Source: Candidatus Deferrimicrobiaceae bacterium (GTDB lineage: Bacteria > Desulfobacterota > Deferrimicrobia > Deferrimicrobiales > Deferrimicrobiaceae). Taken from it: DNA of 64,000 nt. Location of the stretch: NCBI GenBank assembly GCA_963792415.1, contig CAWBVY010000006.1, forward strand, positions 352,001 through 416,000. Reading direction: 5' to 3'. This document shows, in pieces, positions 15,161-25,257 of the stretch (position 1 is the stretch's first letter; every line of letters starts with the position of its first letter). Position numbers and translations under genes: made by a program. The notes under the pieces are model-generated. The model was not told the origin of the DNA and ran no database searches. It worked only from the letters and a program-made list of their open reading frames with translations.

Positions 15161-17836
15161 CTAGGCGCCGATCGACGCGAGGAGCACCTGACGGATCTCC
15201 TCCTGGCGGTCGGGGGCCGAGATCTTCCGCCCGTCCCGGTCCACGATGTAGAAGACGTCGGCCACCTGGTCCGCTTTCGTGGAGATCTTGGAGAGCGCGA
15301 TGTCGATCCCCAGCGCCGTCAGGGCGCTCGTGATGTCGTAGAGGAGCCCGATCCGGTCGTAGGTGAAGATGTCCACCACGGTGCAGCGCGAGGAGACCGA
15401 GTTGTCGAAGACGACGCGGGTGGGCCGGTACCGGGGGACGCGGTCCCGGACGTACTTCCCCGCCCGCGGCTCGGCCATGAGCGCCTCCACGGTGGTCTCC
15501 CCCCGGAGTACGCGCGAAAGGTCCGCGATGACGCGCTCCTTCTTCGGGTCCCCCTGCAGGGACATGCCGCGATAATTGGCGTAGAACGTGTCGAGCGCCA
15601 CGGCGTCCACGGTGGTGGCGATCGAGGCGTTGAGGATGTTCATGGAGTTGGCCGACAGCGCCCCCGCGATCTTCGCGAAGAGGCCGCGCTCGTCGGGGCA
15701 GACGACGAGGAACTCCGTGGTCCCCGATTCCGGCAGGTCGATCACCACGATGACGGGCGTCTTCCCGTCGAACGCCGCGAGGGTGCGGCAATGCTCGACG
15801 AACCGGCCGTCGGGCGTCGCCAGGAGATACCGGTCGTCCACGCGGGCGAGGAAAAGGTCCACCGTCGCCCGGGACTCGCCGGCGAGAAACTCGCGCACCT
15901 GCTCCCGCCGCAGGTGCCCCCGCTCCTCGAACGGGCGCTTGAGCGCCCCCTGGTCCAGAACGTTGCGTCCCTTCTCGTACAGTTCGGTCAGGAGCATCGC
16001 CTTCCACTGGGTCCAGACTTCCGGGGCCACCTCCTTCATGTCCGCGTAGGTGAGGAGGTAGAGCATGTCCAGCCGGGAGGCCGTTCCCACGGTGTCCGCG
16101 AAGGAAAGAATCAGCTCGATGTCGTGCAGGTCGCGCCGCTGCGATACGTTGGCCATCAGCAGGTGCTGCTCCACGAGGAAGACGAGGTCCGATACGTCCT
16201 GCTCCGGGAGCCCCCACCGGGCGCCGATGCGCGCCACGATCTCCGCGCCGATCCTGCTGTGGCCGTGCCCCTTCCCCTTCCCGATGTCGTGAAACAGGAT
16301 CGCGAGGTGGAACAGTCCGCGGTTCCGGACGGACGCGTGGATCCGGTGGAACGTGGCCTGCTCCTCCGTGCGGGAAGAGGAAGTCTCGATCTCCGCCAGT
16401 ACGCTCGCGCAGCGGATCGAATGGATGTCCACGGTGTAGACGTGATAGATGTCCCGCTGCACCTTGCAGTAGAGGGGGGCGAACTCCGGGATGTACCGTG
16501 CGAGGAAGCGGCTCTCGTTCATGGCGAGGAGTGTCTCCCTCAAGTGGACCGGGTCGGCGAGGATCTCGAGGAAGAGCACCGCGGCTTCCCGGTTCTCGCG
16601 GAACGCGGCCCCCACCGCGGGCAACGCCATCTGGATGTTGCGCCGGGCTTGCGGGGAGAGGTCCGATTTCGTCTTCTGCATCGACCGGAAGAATTCGAGG
16701 ATCCGGATCGGCTCCTTCTCGAAGGAGGCGCGGTCCTTGACCTGGAGCTTCCCCTTGTAGAGGATCCCCCCCTCGCCGACGAACTTCCGCTTCAGGAAGA
16801 AGAACGGCTTTCGTCCCTCCTCCTCCGGCAGGAACCGCCCCACCTCCTCGAGGAGTTCGTCGGAAAGCCGGGCCGCCGAGGCCGCGTGGAGGTAGTAGGC
16901 CCGCATGAACCGCTCGACGGCCTGGTTCGACCCGAGCTGCCGGTAGCGGAAACTCTCCGCCAATCGCTCCTGCGCTTCGAAGCCGAGGACGTCGGCTTTC
17001 TTCCCCTGCAGGTAGTGGAGCTCGTTCCGCACGCGGAGAAGGTAGTCGAGGACGTGCCGGATCGCCTCGACGGTCCGGGCCCCCACCACGCCCTTCTTCC
17101 GCAGTTCCTCCAGGTCGTCGCACTTGTACTTGATCCGCGCGCCCCAGACCGCCGTCTGCAGGTCGCGCAGCCCCCCGCGCCCCTCCTTGACGTTCGGCTC
17201 CAGCAGGTAGACCGTCGAACCTACCTTGGCGTGCCGGGAGCGCATCTCCCCGATCTTCTTCCCGATGAACTTGTCGCCACCCTGAAAGTAGAGGAACCGG
17301 TCCAGCTCTTGGGCCGAATCGCGGTACAGGGAGTCGTCCCCGGTGACGAGGCGGTGGTCGAGGAGCGACGTGCGGATCGAATCGTCCCCGCCGGCGAGCC
17401 GGATCGTCTCCTTGATGTTCCGGACGCTGTGCCCGACCTCGAGGCCGAGATCCCACAGCGGATAGAGCATCCACTCGGTCATCGCCTCGACGAACCGGTC
17501 GACCTTGTACGCGTGAAGGAAAAGAAGGTCCACGTCGGAGCGGGGGCACAGTTCGCGGCGCCCGTAGCCGCCAACCGCGACGACCGACATCCGGTACGAC
17601 TTGTCCAGCGCCGAGGAACTGAACCGCCCGCGGGCGCGGTCGTAAAGAGCCGACAGGACGGCGTCCATGGCGCCGGAGAGGATCCGGCACGCCTCGGATC
17701 CGTCGCAGAGGAATTGCCGTTGCTTCTCGCGCACCGCGACGTGGGTGCCGGCGAGGAACTCCCTCAACTGGTCGAGGAAGTCCCGATCGGGGAGGTCGGT
17801 CCGCAGGTGGTCTCGGGAAAGGGATGGGTGCGACAC
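15161..17836 (-). CDS. glnD: [Protein-PII] uridylyltransferase
   Basis: AVGGYGR.EL.P.SDVD, EPNVKEG.GGLRD, HD domain, two ACT domains. Confidence 0.96.
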   Translation of the reverse strand: MSHPSLSRDHLRTDLPDRDFLDQLREFLAGTHVAVREKQRQFLCDGSEACRILSGAMDAVLSALYDRARGRFSSSALDKSYRMSVVAVGGYGRRELCPRSDVDLLFLHAYKVDRFVEAMTEWMLYPLWDLGLEVGHSVRNIKETIRLAGGDDSIRTSLLDHRLVTGDDSLYRDSAQELDRFLYFQGGDKFIGKKIGEMRSRHAKVGSTVYLLEPNVKEGRGGLRDLQTAVWGARIKYKCDDLEELRKKGVVGARTVEAIRHVLDYLLRVRNELHYLQGKKADVLGFEAQERLAESFRYRQLGSNQAVERFMRAYYLHAASAARLSDELLEEVGRFLPEEEGRKPFFFLKRKFVGEGGILYKGKLQVKDRASFEKEPIRILEFFRSMQKTKSDLSPQARRNIQMALPAVGAAFRENREAAVLFLEILADPVHLRETLLAMNESRFLARYIPEFAPLYCKVQRDIYHVYTVDIHSIRCASVLAEIETSSSRTEEQATFHRIHASVRNRGLFHLAILFHDIGKGKGHGHSRIGAEIVARIGARWGLPEQDVSDLVFLVEQHLLMANVSQRRDLHDIELILSFADTVGTASRLDMLYLLTYADMKEVAPEVWTQWKAMLLTELYEKGRNVLDQGALKRPFEERGHLRREQVREFLAGESRATVDLFLARVDDRYLLATPDGRFVEHCRTLAAFDGKTPVIVVIDLPESGTTEFLVVCPDERGLFAKIAGALSANSMNILNASIATTVDAVALDTFYANYRGMSLQGDPKKERVIADLSRVLRGETTVEALMAEPRAGKYVRDRVPRYRPTRVVFDNSVSSRCTVVDIFTYDRIGLLYDITSALTALGIDIALSKISTKADQVADVFYIVDRDGRKISAPDRQEEIRQVLLASIGA

Positions 17837-19094
17837 TCAGTAGTCCGAGTGGGCGAGGATCCCGTTCTGCCCGTAGTAGCGCACCGCCTCCACCACGCCG
17901 TCGGCGATCCCGTCGCGGTACGAGGGTTCCCGCAGGCGAGCCTCTTCGCGGGCGTTGCTGATGAAGGAGGCCTCGACCAGGACGGCCGTCATCCTGGCGC
18001 CCACGAGGACGTAGAACGGGGCCTGCTTCAGCCCGATGCTCTGCGCCCCCGGATAGCGGGTGGAGACGTTGCGGACGACGGCGTCGTTCACCGTCTTTCC
18101 CAGGCGCAACGACTCGTTCTTGCGGGCCCCGGTGAACATGTCATCGACGATGAACTTGACCCCCTGGAGTTTGGCGATCGGCACACCGTTCTCGCGGGCG
18201 GCCAGTTCGAGGTCCTCGCGGTTCGACGCGCCGCGGGAAAGAACGTAGGTGGAGAACCCCTCCGCCTTCCGGTTCCGGCTGGCGTTGATGTGGATGGAGA
18301 CGAAGATGTCGGCGCCCCCCTTGTTCGCCATCGCCGTGCGCTCCTCCAGCGGGATGAAGACGTCCTCGTCCCGGGTCAACCGCACGTCGAACTCCCCGGA
18401 GCGCGACAGCTTATCGCGGATCCTCCGGCCGATATCCAGTACAACGTCCTTCTCTTTCAACCCGCTGCGTCCGATCGCCCCCGGATCCTTCCCGCCGTGG
18501 CCCGGGTCGATCATCACCCGGACGCGGGGCTTTCGGGCGGCGGGGGGGGGGGGTAGAAGCGGAGACGCGCGGCGATTCCACCGACGGCGGGGTCGCCGGA
18601 GATGCGGAAGGAGCCGCGGCGACAGGAACGGGGGAATTCGGGAGAGGGGGGACCTCTCCCTCCCCGTCGATGTCCACGATGACCCTGAACGGCCCCGGGA
18701 GCGCGAAGACGCGGTAGGTGCTCTCCCGCTCGAGGTCGATGACCACGCGCACCGTGTCGCGGTCGAAGCGACCCGCCCGGACCTGCCGAAGCAGTCCGTT
18801 GCGGACCTCGACCGGTTTGTGGAGAAATTCGTCCCGGATGCCGGCGCCGCGGATGTCGATGAAGATCCGGGGAGGAAGGCTGCGCTGCGGGTCGGCGGGA
18901 AGGGTGTTCGCCTGCCACGAGACCTCGTCGCCCGTGTAGATCGCAACGCGGGTGTAGATCTCGTTCGTCCAGGCCTGTATGTCGGAGACGCGGGAGACGG
19001 CGGGAGCGGCGGCAACCGGCGGGGGGGCAACCAGGGAACACGCCGCGCATAAGAGCAGGAGGAACGCGCCGAGGTGTCGCCGCAGTAGTGTCAA
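17837..19094 (-). pseudogene. AMIN-domain N-acetylmuramoyl-L-alanine amidase (AmiC-like), frameshifted at a C12 tract
   Basis: Signal peptide and AMIN domain in one frame (TTG 19094); Amidase_3 (IDPGHGGKDPG, SIHIN, LVEA.FISN) in another; junction at G12 18542-18553. Confidence 0.85.
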
Positions 19095-21679
19095 TTCGCC
19101 CCTTTCCCGAGCCTTCCCTTCCATTCCGCGAGCCGCATCAACGCGTCCATCGGGGAGAGCCGCTCCGGTTCGCACCGGCGGATCTGGTCCAGGACCGCGC
19201 CCTCGTCCCCGCGGGCGCGGCGGGAGAACAGCTCCATCTGGGCGTTGGCGGATTCGGTCGCGGCCCGCGGTCCCGCCAGCGTCGGAAGCCCGTACTCATT
19301 ATACTCGGCGGATTCGAGGTTTTTCAAAATATCCCGGGCCCGATCGATCAGGGAGGCCGGCAGGCCGGCGAGCCGCGCCACCTGGATCCCGTACGACTTG
19401 CTCGCGCTCCCGTCGTCGATCCGCCGAAGGAAGATGATCTCCCCCTGCCACTCGCGCACCGCCACGTGGAAGTTGCGAGCGTTCGCGCACGTCGACACGA
19501 TGTCGGTCAGCTCGTGGAAGTGGGTCGCGAAGAGGACCTTCGGCCGGGACGGGGAATCGTGAAGGTGTTCCGCCACCGCCCAGGCGATGCTCAGCCCGTC
19601 GTAGGTGCTGGTCCCGCGCCCCACCTCGTCCAGAACCACGAGCGTCCGGTCGGTGACGCCGTCCAGGATCCGCGCCGTCTCGCGCATCTCCACCATGAAG
19701 GTGCTCTCCCCCCGGGAAAGGTCGTCGGAGGCGCCGATGCGCGTGAAGATCCGGTCCACGAGGCCGATCTCCGCGCGGTCCGCGGGGACGAAGGAGCCCG
19801 CGTGCGCCAGCAGGACGATGAGGGCCGCCTGGCGGATGTACGTGGATTTCCCCGCCATGTTCGGGCCGGTGAGAATGGCGAGGCGCGTCCCGTCGGGCGA
19901 GAGGAGGCAGTCGTTCGGGACGAAGGCGTGCCGCCCGAGGATCTTCTCCACGACCGGGTGGCGCCCGTTCTCGATCAGGATCTCCTTCCCGCCGTTCACC
20001 TGCGGCCGCCCGTAACCGTTCTCCGCCGCGAGTTCCGCGAACGAGAGGAGGACGTCGAGCTCGGCCACCCCTTCCGCCGCCGTATAAACCGCCGGGAGGG
20101 TTTCCTTCAGTGCATCCCGCAGGGCGAGGAAGAGTTCCTCCTCCCGGGCGGCCCGCCCCTCCTGCGCGCGCAGCACCCGCCCCTCGAACTCCTTGAGCTC
20201 CGGCGTGATGTAGCGCTCCGCGTTGGCCAGGGTCTGCTTGCGGATGTAGTCGGGGGGGACCTTGTCGAGGTGGGTCCGGGTCACCTCGATGTAGTAGCCG
20301 AAGACGCGGTTGTAGCCGACCTTGAGGCCCCCGATCCCCGTGCGCTGCCGCTCCCGCGTCTCCATCTCCGCCAGCATCCCCTTGCCGTGGGTCAGGAGAT
20401 GGGTCAGCTCGTCGACCTGCGGGTCGTACCCCGGACGGAAGACGCCCCCGTCCTTGTACCCGGGAGGGGGCGGATCGGCCAGCGCCGCGGAGATCCTGGC
20501 GACCACCGCGGCGTGGTCCCCGAGGAGTTCCCTTACCGACCGAAGGCGCTTCGCGCGCGGCTCCCCGAGGGCGGCCCGGATCGCGGGAATCGCCGCCAGG
20601 TTGTCCCGCAGCGCCGCCACGTCGCGCGGGCCGGAACGGTCCTGCGCCAGGCGGGAGGCGAGCCGGGAGAGATCCCCCATCGCGTCGAACGGAGGGGAAA
20701 GGGACTTGCGGACCGCGTGCGCCTCGAGAAGCTCCCCCACCGCGTCGTGCCGCTCCCCGATCCGCTCGACGTCGAGAAGCGGCGCGGCGAGCCACGCGCG
20801 CAGCATGCGTGCCCCCATCGGGGTCCGCGTGCGGTCGACCGCCCAGAGAAGACTTCCCTTCCGCTCCCCCGACATGGTGGAGAAGATCTCCAGCGTCCGG
20901 ACGGCGGTCTCGTCCAACGCCAGGTAGCGCCGTCCTTCGCGCTCCGTCACCCGTCCGATCTCCGAGAGGGCCGCCGGCTGGTGCAGGAACAGGTAGTAGA
21001 GGGCCGCCCGGACGACGCCCCCCGACGGGTGGTCCGCGGGGGGGATCCCCCCGATCCCCGGCGGAGGCGGGAACGCCGCGACGGCCGTCGGGGAGAGAAG
21101 CGTGAGCAGCTTCCCTTCCAGGATCCGCTTCCCGCGGGAGGTGGTCGGGTTCCCCTCCCCCTCGAGTGCGACGAACTCCGCGGGCGCGATCCGGAACAGG
21201 GCGTCCGCGAGCGCCTCCTCCGTGTCGCACGCCTCGTGGAAAAACTCGCCGGTGGTGGCATCGAGCGCGGCGCAGGCGAACGGGGCGACGAACCGGACGG
21301 CGGCCAGGAAGTTGTTTCCCCGGGAATCGAGGCACTCCTCGCTGAAAACCAGTCCCGGGGTGACCACCTCGGTCACCTCCCGGCGGAAGATCCCCTTCTG
21401 GCCCGGCTCCTCGATCTGCTCGCAGATGGCCACCTTGCATCCCTGGCGGATCAGCTTCGACAGGTAGGCGTTCCGCGCGTGGTGGGGAACGCCGCACATC
21501 GGGATGTTCGACTCCTTGTCGCGCGAGGTCAGGGCGATGTCGAGAAGACGGGAGGCGCGCAGCGCGTCCTCGAAGAACATCTCGTAGAAATCTCCCATGC
21601 GGAAGAAGAGGATGCAGTCCCGGTAGCGGGACTTGATCTCCACGTACTGCCGCATCGCGGGGGTCAGCGGAAGGGTCAT
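19091..21679 (-). CDS. mutS: DNA mismatch repair protein MutS
   Basis: GDFYEMF, TGPNMAGKST, STFMVEM, DEVGRGT, SYGIQVA. Confidence 0.97.
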   Translation of the reverse strand: MTLPLTPAMRQYVEIKSRYRDCILFFRMGDFYEMFFEDALRASRLLDIALTSRDKESNIPMCGVPHHARNAYLSKLIRQGCKVAICEQIEEPGQKGIFRREVTEVVTPGLVFSEECLDSRGNNFLAAVRFVAPFACAALDATTGEFFHEACDTEEALADALFRIAPAEFVALEGEGNPTTSRGKRILEGKLLTLLSPTAVAAFPPPPGIGGIPPADHPSGGVVRAALYYLFLHQPAALSEIGRVTEREGRRYLALDETAVRTLEIFSTMSGERKGSLLWAVDRTRTPMGARMLRAWLAAPLLDVERIGERHDAVGELLEAHAVRKSLSPPFDAMGDLSRLASRLAQDRSGPRDVAALRDNLAAIPAIRAALGEPRAKRLRSVRELLGDHAAVVARISAALADPPPPGYKDGGVFRPGYDPQVDELTHLLTHGKGMLAEMETRERQRTGIGGLKVGYNRVFGYYIEVTRTHLDKVPPDYIRKQTLANAERYITPELKEFEGRVLRAQEGRAAREEELFLALRDALKETLPAVYTAAEGVAELDVLLSFAELAAENGYGRPQVNGGKEILIENGRHPVVEKILGRHAFVPNDCLLSPDGTRLAILTGPNMAGKSTYIRQAALIVLLAHAGSFVPADRAEIGLVDRIFTRIGASDDLSRGESTFMVEMRETARILDGVTDRTLVVLDEVGRGTSTYDGLSIAWAVAEHLHDSPSRPKVLFATHFHELTDIVSTCANARNFHVAVREWQGEIIFLRRIDDGSASKSYGIQVARLAGLPASLIDRARDILKNLESAEYNEYGLPTLAGPRAATESANAQMELFSRRARGDEGAVLDQIRRCEPERLSPMDALMRLAEWKGRLGKGAN
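19298..19327 (-). promoter_or_regulatory. Internal sigma70 promoter in the 3' end of mutS
   Basis: TTGAAA-18-TATAAT in an AT-rich patch, ~200 nt before the amidase start. Confidence 0.55.
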
Positions 21680-21713
21680 ATCGGAGCGGGAACGGGGAAG
21701 GCCCGGGGCCCTG

Positions 21714-22214
21714 CTAGGGGATCAGGGGGCCGAAGACCGCCGACAGGCGGCGGCGGGATTCGAGGAGCGACTCGGGAAGTACGCGGGTTTCCTGGACCGG
21801 GGTCATGAAATTCGTGTCGCCCGCCCAGCGGGGAACGAGGTGGACGTGGAGGTGGTCTGCGATCCCTGCGCCGGCGGCCTTTCCCAGGTTCATCCCGACA
21901 TTCATCCCTTCGGTTCGATATTCCATCGCAAGTGCCCGTGAACCGATGGAAACAAGGGAGAAAAGTTCGCGCAACTCCTCGCTCGAGAGGTCCCACAGGT
22001 TCGCCACGTGTCGACGGGGAGCGACCAGCACATGCCCGTTGTTGTAGGGGTATCGGTTCAGGATCGCCACGGTGCCGGGATAGAGTCCGACAAGGAGCCG
22101 CTCCGGGTCTTCGAGGTCGGCATCGAGGACACAGAAAACGCACGCCGCCTTCCCCCCGCCCCCGCCCGCCTGGCGGATATATTCCATCCGCCACGGAGAG
22201 AAGATCCGGTCCAC
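21714..22214 (-). CDS. HIT-family hydrolase (Ap4A hydrolase/phosphorylase-like)
   Basis: PWRMEYI, CVFC, LNRYPYNNGH, HLHVH, PRW.GD.NF. Confidence 0.92.
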   Translation of the reverse strand: MDRIFSPWRMEYIRQAGGGGGKAACVFCVLDADLEDPERLLVGLYPGTVAILNRYPYNNGHVLVAPRRHVANLWDLSSEELRELFSLVSIGSRALAMEYRTEGMNVGMNLGKAAGAGIADHLHVHLVPRWAGDTNFMTPVQETRVLPESLLESRRRLSAVFGPLIP

Positions 22215-22225
22215 CGTGGAGGATC

Positions 22226-22504
22226 TCAGCCGTTGACCATTTCCCGCAGTTCCTTGCCGACCTTGAAGAAGGGGATCCGCTTCTCGGGAATGGCGACCTT
22301 CTCGCCCGTCTTCGGGTTGCGTCCCTCCTTCGCCCGACGGGTCCGCACGGTGAAGCTCCCGAACCCGCGGATCTCGATCTTCTCGCCGCGATGCAGGGCG
22401 TCCTTCATGTTGAGGAAGACCGTGTCGACGATGACCTCGCACTCCTTCTTCGTCAGGCTCGTAAGTGACTCGGACAGCTTCTCCACCAGGTCGCTCTTCG
22501 TCAT
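22226..22504 (-). CDS. ihfB: Integration host factor subunit beta
   Basis: MTKSDL, IEIRGFGSF, GRNPKTG, FKVGKELRE; located after rpsA-sppA. Confidence 0.9.
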   Translation of the reverse strand: MTKSDLVEKLSESLTSLTKKECEVIVDTVFLNMKDALHRGEKIEIRGFGSFTVRTRRAKEGRNPKTGEKVAIPEKRIPFFKVGKELREMVNG

Positions 22505-22525
22505 TCCAGGGTCCCTCCGAAAGAT

Positions 22526-23425
22526 TTATTGGGTGAGTAGATCCACCCGCAGATGGTTTCCGGATATCTTCTCGTCGATCAGGCTGCGCGTCTCCTCCCG
22601 GAGCAGCTCGAGCAGGGAGATCTTCTTCTTCGGGGAGGTCACGACCTTCGGCTCCCCGGAGATCTTCCCGAGCTTCGCCGCGTCGGAGATCGCGTCTTCG
22701 AGGTTCCCGAGGACGTCGACCAGCCCCAGCTCCTTGGCCTGCTCCCCGGTGAAAATCCGTCCGTCCGCGATCCGTGCGACATCTTCCCGGTTCAGATTCC
22801 GGCCGTCCGCAACGGCGTTGACGAACTGGCGGTGGACGTTGTCGACCACCCCCTGGAGAAGCTCCCGCTCCTGCGGCGTCATGTCGCGCATCGGGGATCC
22901 CAGGTCCTTGAAGACGCCGCTTTTCACCGTCATCCCCTTGACGCCGATCTTCTCCACCAGGTCCTTCACGTTCATGAACGGCATGATGACGCCGATGGAG
23001 CCGGTGATCGTCCCGGGATTCGCGTACACCCGCTGCGTCGCGCAGGCGATGTAATAGCCGCCGGACGCCGCCAGCGCGCCCATGCTGGCGATGACCGGTT
23101 TTTTCGCCCGCGCCTTTTTCACTTCCTCGTAGATCTCCTGCGACGGGGCCACCCCGCCTCCCGGGGAGTTGATCCGAAGGACGATCGCCTTGACCGAGTC
23201 GTCCTTGACGAACTTCTTCAACTGCTCGTTCGTCGACTCGGAGTCGGAGATCAGGCCGGAGACCGAAATGACCGCAACCTTTTCCCCCCGTGCGAAGGGG
23301 AGATCGTCCATGCGCGAGACGATCAGCAGGAGAGCGAAGAATCCCCCGAGGACCAGCAGCACGGTGAGACACCCGCGCAGGAACGGTTTCCGGCGCACAG
23401 GCGCGGAGAGGTAGGTTTCAGCCAT
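22526..23425 (-). CDS. sppA: Signal peptide peptidase SppA (36K type)
   Basis: INSPGG, AASGGYY, TGSIGV, ADGRIFTG. Confidence 0.93.
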   Translation of the reverse strand: MAETYLSAPVRRKPFLRGCLTVLLVLGGFFALLLIVSRMDDLPFARGEKVAVISVSGLISDSESTNEQLKKFVKDDSVKAIVLRINSPGGGVAPSQEIYEEVKKARAKKPVIASMGALAASGGYYIACATQRVYANPGTITGSIGVIMPFMNVKDLVEKIGVKGMTVKSGVFKDLGSPMRDMTPQERELLQGVVDNVHRQFVNAVADGRNLNREDVARIADGRIFTGEQAKELGLVDVLGNLEDAISDAAKLGKISGEPKVVTSPKKKISLLELLREETRSLIDEKISGNHLRVDLLTQ

Positions 23426-23431
23426 TGGGGA

Positions 23432-25195
23432 TCAGGAATCCTGCTCCCCGTTGGCCTTGAACTTGGCCAGGAGCGCTTCGCCCAGGGCCCCGATGTTCTC
23501 GTTCGGGGCGTCGGCCTGTTTCCCCAGGTACGATTCCATGTTCTTCCGATCGAGTTCGTCGGCGTGTCCACGGATGCTGAGGGAAACTTTCTTGTTCGAC
23601 CGGTCCACGCCGAGGACGACCGCGCCGACCTCGTCGCCGACCTTGAGCACCGCGGCCGGGTTTTCGATCTTCTCCCGGGAGATCTCGGAGACGTGGACCA
23701 GCCCCTCGACCCCGTCGGCGATCTCGACGAACGCCCCGAAGTCGGCCACGCGGGTCACCTTCCCCGTGACGGTGTCGCCCTTCTTGAACCGCTTCTCGAC
23801 CCCCGCCCACGGGTCCTCCGCGAGCTGCTTGATGCCGAGGGAGAATTTCTGCGCCTCGGGGTCGATCTTGAGGACCTTGGCCCGGACGTGGTCCCCCTTC
23901 TTGAACAGCTCGGACGGGTTCTTCACCCGCGTGTTCCAGGAAAGGTCGGAGACGTGGACCAGGCCGTCGATGTCCTCTCCGACGTCCACGAAGACGCCGA
24001 AGTCGGCCACGTTTTTCACCACGCCCTCGACGATCGAGCCTTCGGGGTGCCGCGCCCGAAGCTCGTCCCACGGGTTCGAAAGGAGCTGCCTGTACCCGAG
24101 GGAGATCTTCTTGTTCGCCTTGTCGACCTTGAGGACCACCACCTCGACCGCGTCGCCCGCCTTCATCACCTCGGACGGGTCCTTCAGCCGCTTGCTCCAC
24201 GACATCTCGGAGATATGGAGCAACCCTTCCACCCCGTCCTCGATCTCGATGAACGCGCCATATTTCGTAGTGTTGGTGACTTTCCCGTGGACGCGCATCC
24301 CCGGATGGTACTTCTCGTCGAGATCGAGCCACGGGTCCGATTTCGTCTGCTTGAGGCCCAGGGAGATGCGGCCGCGCTCGCGGTCGAAGCGGATGACCCT
24401 CACCTTGTAAACCTCGCCCACCTTGCACAGGTCGGAAGGGTGCCCCACTTTCCCGTAGCTCATGTCGGTCACGTGCATCAGGCCGTCGAGCCCGCCGAGA
24501 TCCATGAAGACGCCGTAATCGGTGATGTTTTTTACCCGTGCCTCGACGACGTCCCCTTCCTTGATGTGGTCGAGGAGCCCGGAACGCTGGACCTCGCGCT
24601 CCTCCTCCATGAACGCGCGGCGGGAGACGACCACGTTCGCCTTCTTGCGGGAAAACTTTAGGATCTTGACCTTCCCGGAGATGCCGATCACCGGGTCGGT
24701 GTCCCGCACCGGCCGGAGATCCACCTGGCTGCCGGGGAGGAACGCCTTCACCCCGATGTCCACGGTGTAGCCGCCCTTGACCTTGGCGACGATCGTCCCC
24801 TGGACCGGCGTGCCGTCTTCGAACGCCTTCTGCAGGTCGTCCCACACCCGGATCTTCATCACCTTCGAACGGGAGAGGCGGATGGAGCCGAGGGACGCGT
24901 CGTACCCCTCGGTCATCACCTCGATCGGGTCGCCCGGGTTCAGCGCGCCACGCTCCTCCTCCGGGATGTCCTCGAGCGGAAGCATCCCCTCGGATTTCTT
25001 GTTGATGTCGACGGCGACGAAATCCTTCAGTACCTTGATGACCTTGCCGTGGATGACCTGCCCTTCCCCGGTGGACTGGAGACTGGCCGCGAACATCCGT
25101 GCGAAATCCTCCTCCCCTGCCGGCGCACCGGTGGAGGGGGATTCCAGGTCCGTCTCCTCGGGTAGGTCCGTCGGGTCGGGTTTGTTGTTGTCCAT
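23432..25195 (-). CDS. rpsA: 30S ribosomal protein S1
   Basis: Six S1 repeats; AFLPGSQVD, DGLMHVTDMS. Confidence 0.97.
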   Translation of the reverse strand: MDNNKPDPTDLPEETDLESPSTGAPAGEEDFARMFAASLQSTGEGQVIHGKVIKVLKDFVAVDINKKSEGMLPLEDIPEEERGALNPGDPIEVMTEGYDASLGSIRLSRSKVMKIRVWDDLQKAFEDGTPVQGTIVAKVKGGYTVDIGVKAFLPGSQVDLRPVRDTDPVIGISGKVKILKFSRKKANVVVSRRAFMEEEREVQRSGLLDHIKEGDVVEARVKNITDYGVFMDLGGLDGLMHVTDMSYGKVGHPSDLCKVGEVYKVRVIRFDRERGRISLGLKQTKSDPWLDLDEKYHPGMRVHGKVTNTTKYGAFIEIEDGVEGLLHISEMSWSKRLKDPSEVMKAGDAVEVVVLKVDKANKKISLGYRQLLSNPWDELRARHPEGSIVEGVVKNVADFGVFVDVGEDIDGLVHVSDLSWNTRVKNPSELFKKGDHVRAKVLKIDPEAQKFSLGIKQLAEDPWAGVEKRFKKGDTVTGKVTRVADFGAFVEIADGVEGLVHVSEISREKIENPAAVLKVGDEVGAVVLGVDRSNKKVSLSIRGHADELDRKNMESYLGKQADAPNENIGALGEALLAKFKANGEQDS

Positions 25196-25228
25196 TCCGC
25201 ACTCCTGTGGTTGATTTCCGAACTATCT

Positions 25229-25257
25229 ACTATACACCGTAACTCGTTACCGGTAAA
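25229..25257 (-). promoter_or_regulatory. Putative rpsA promoter
   Basis: TTTACC-17-TATAGT overlapping the ispH stop codon. Confidence 0.45.
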
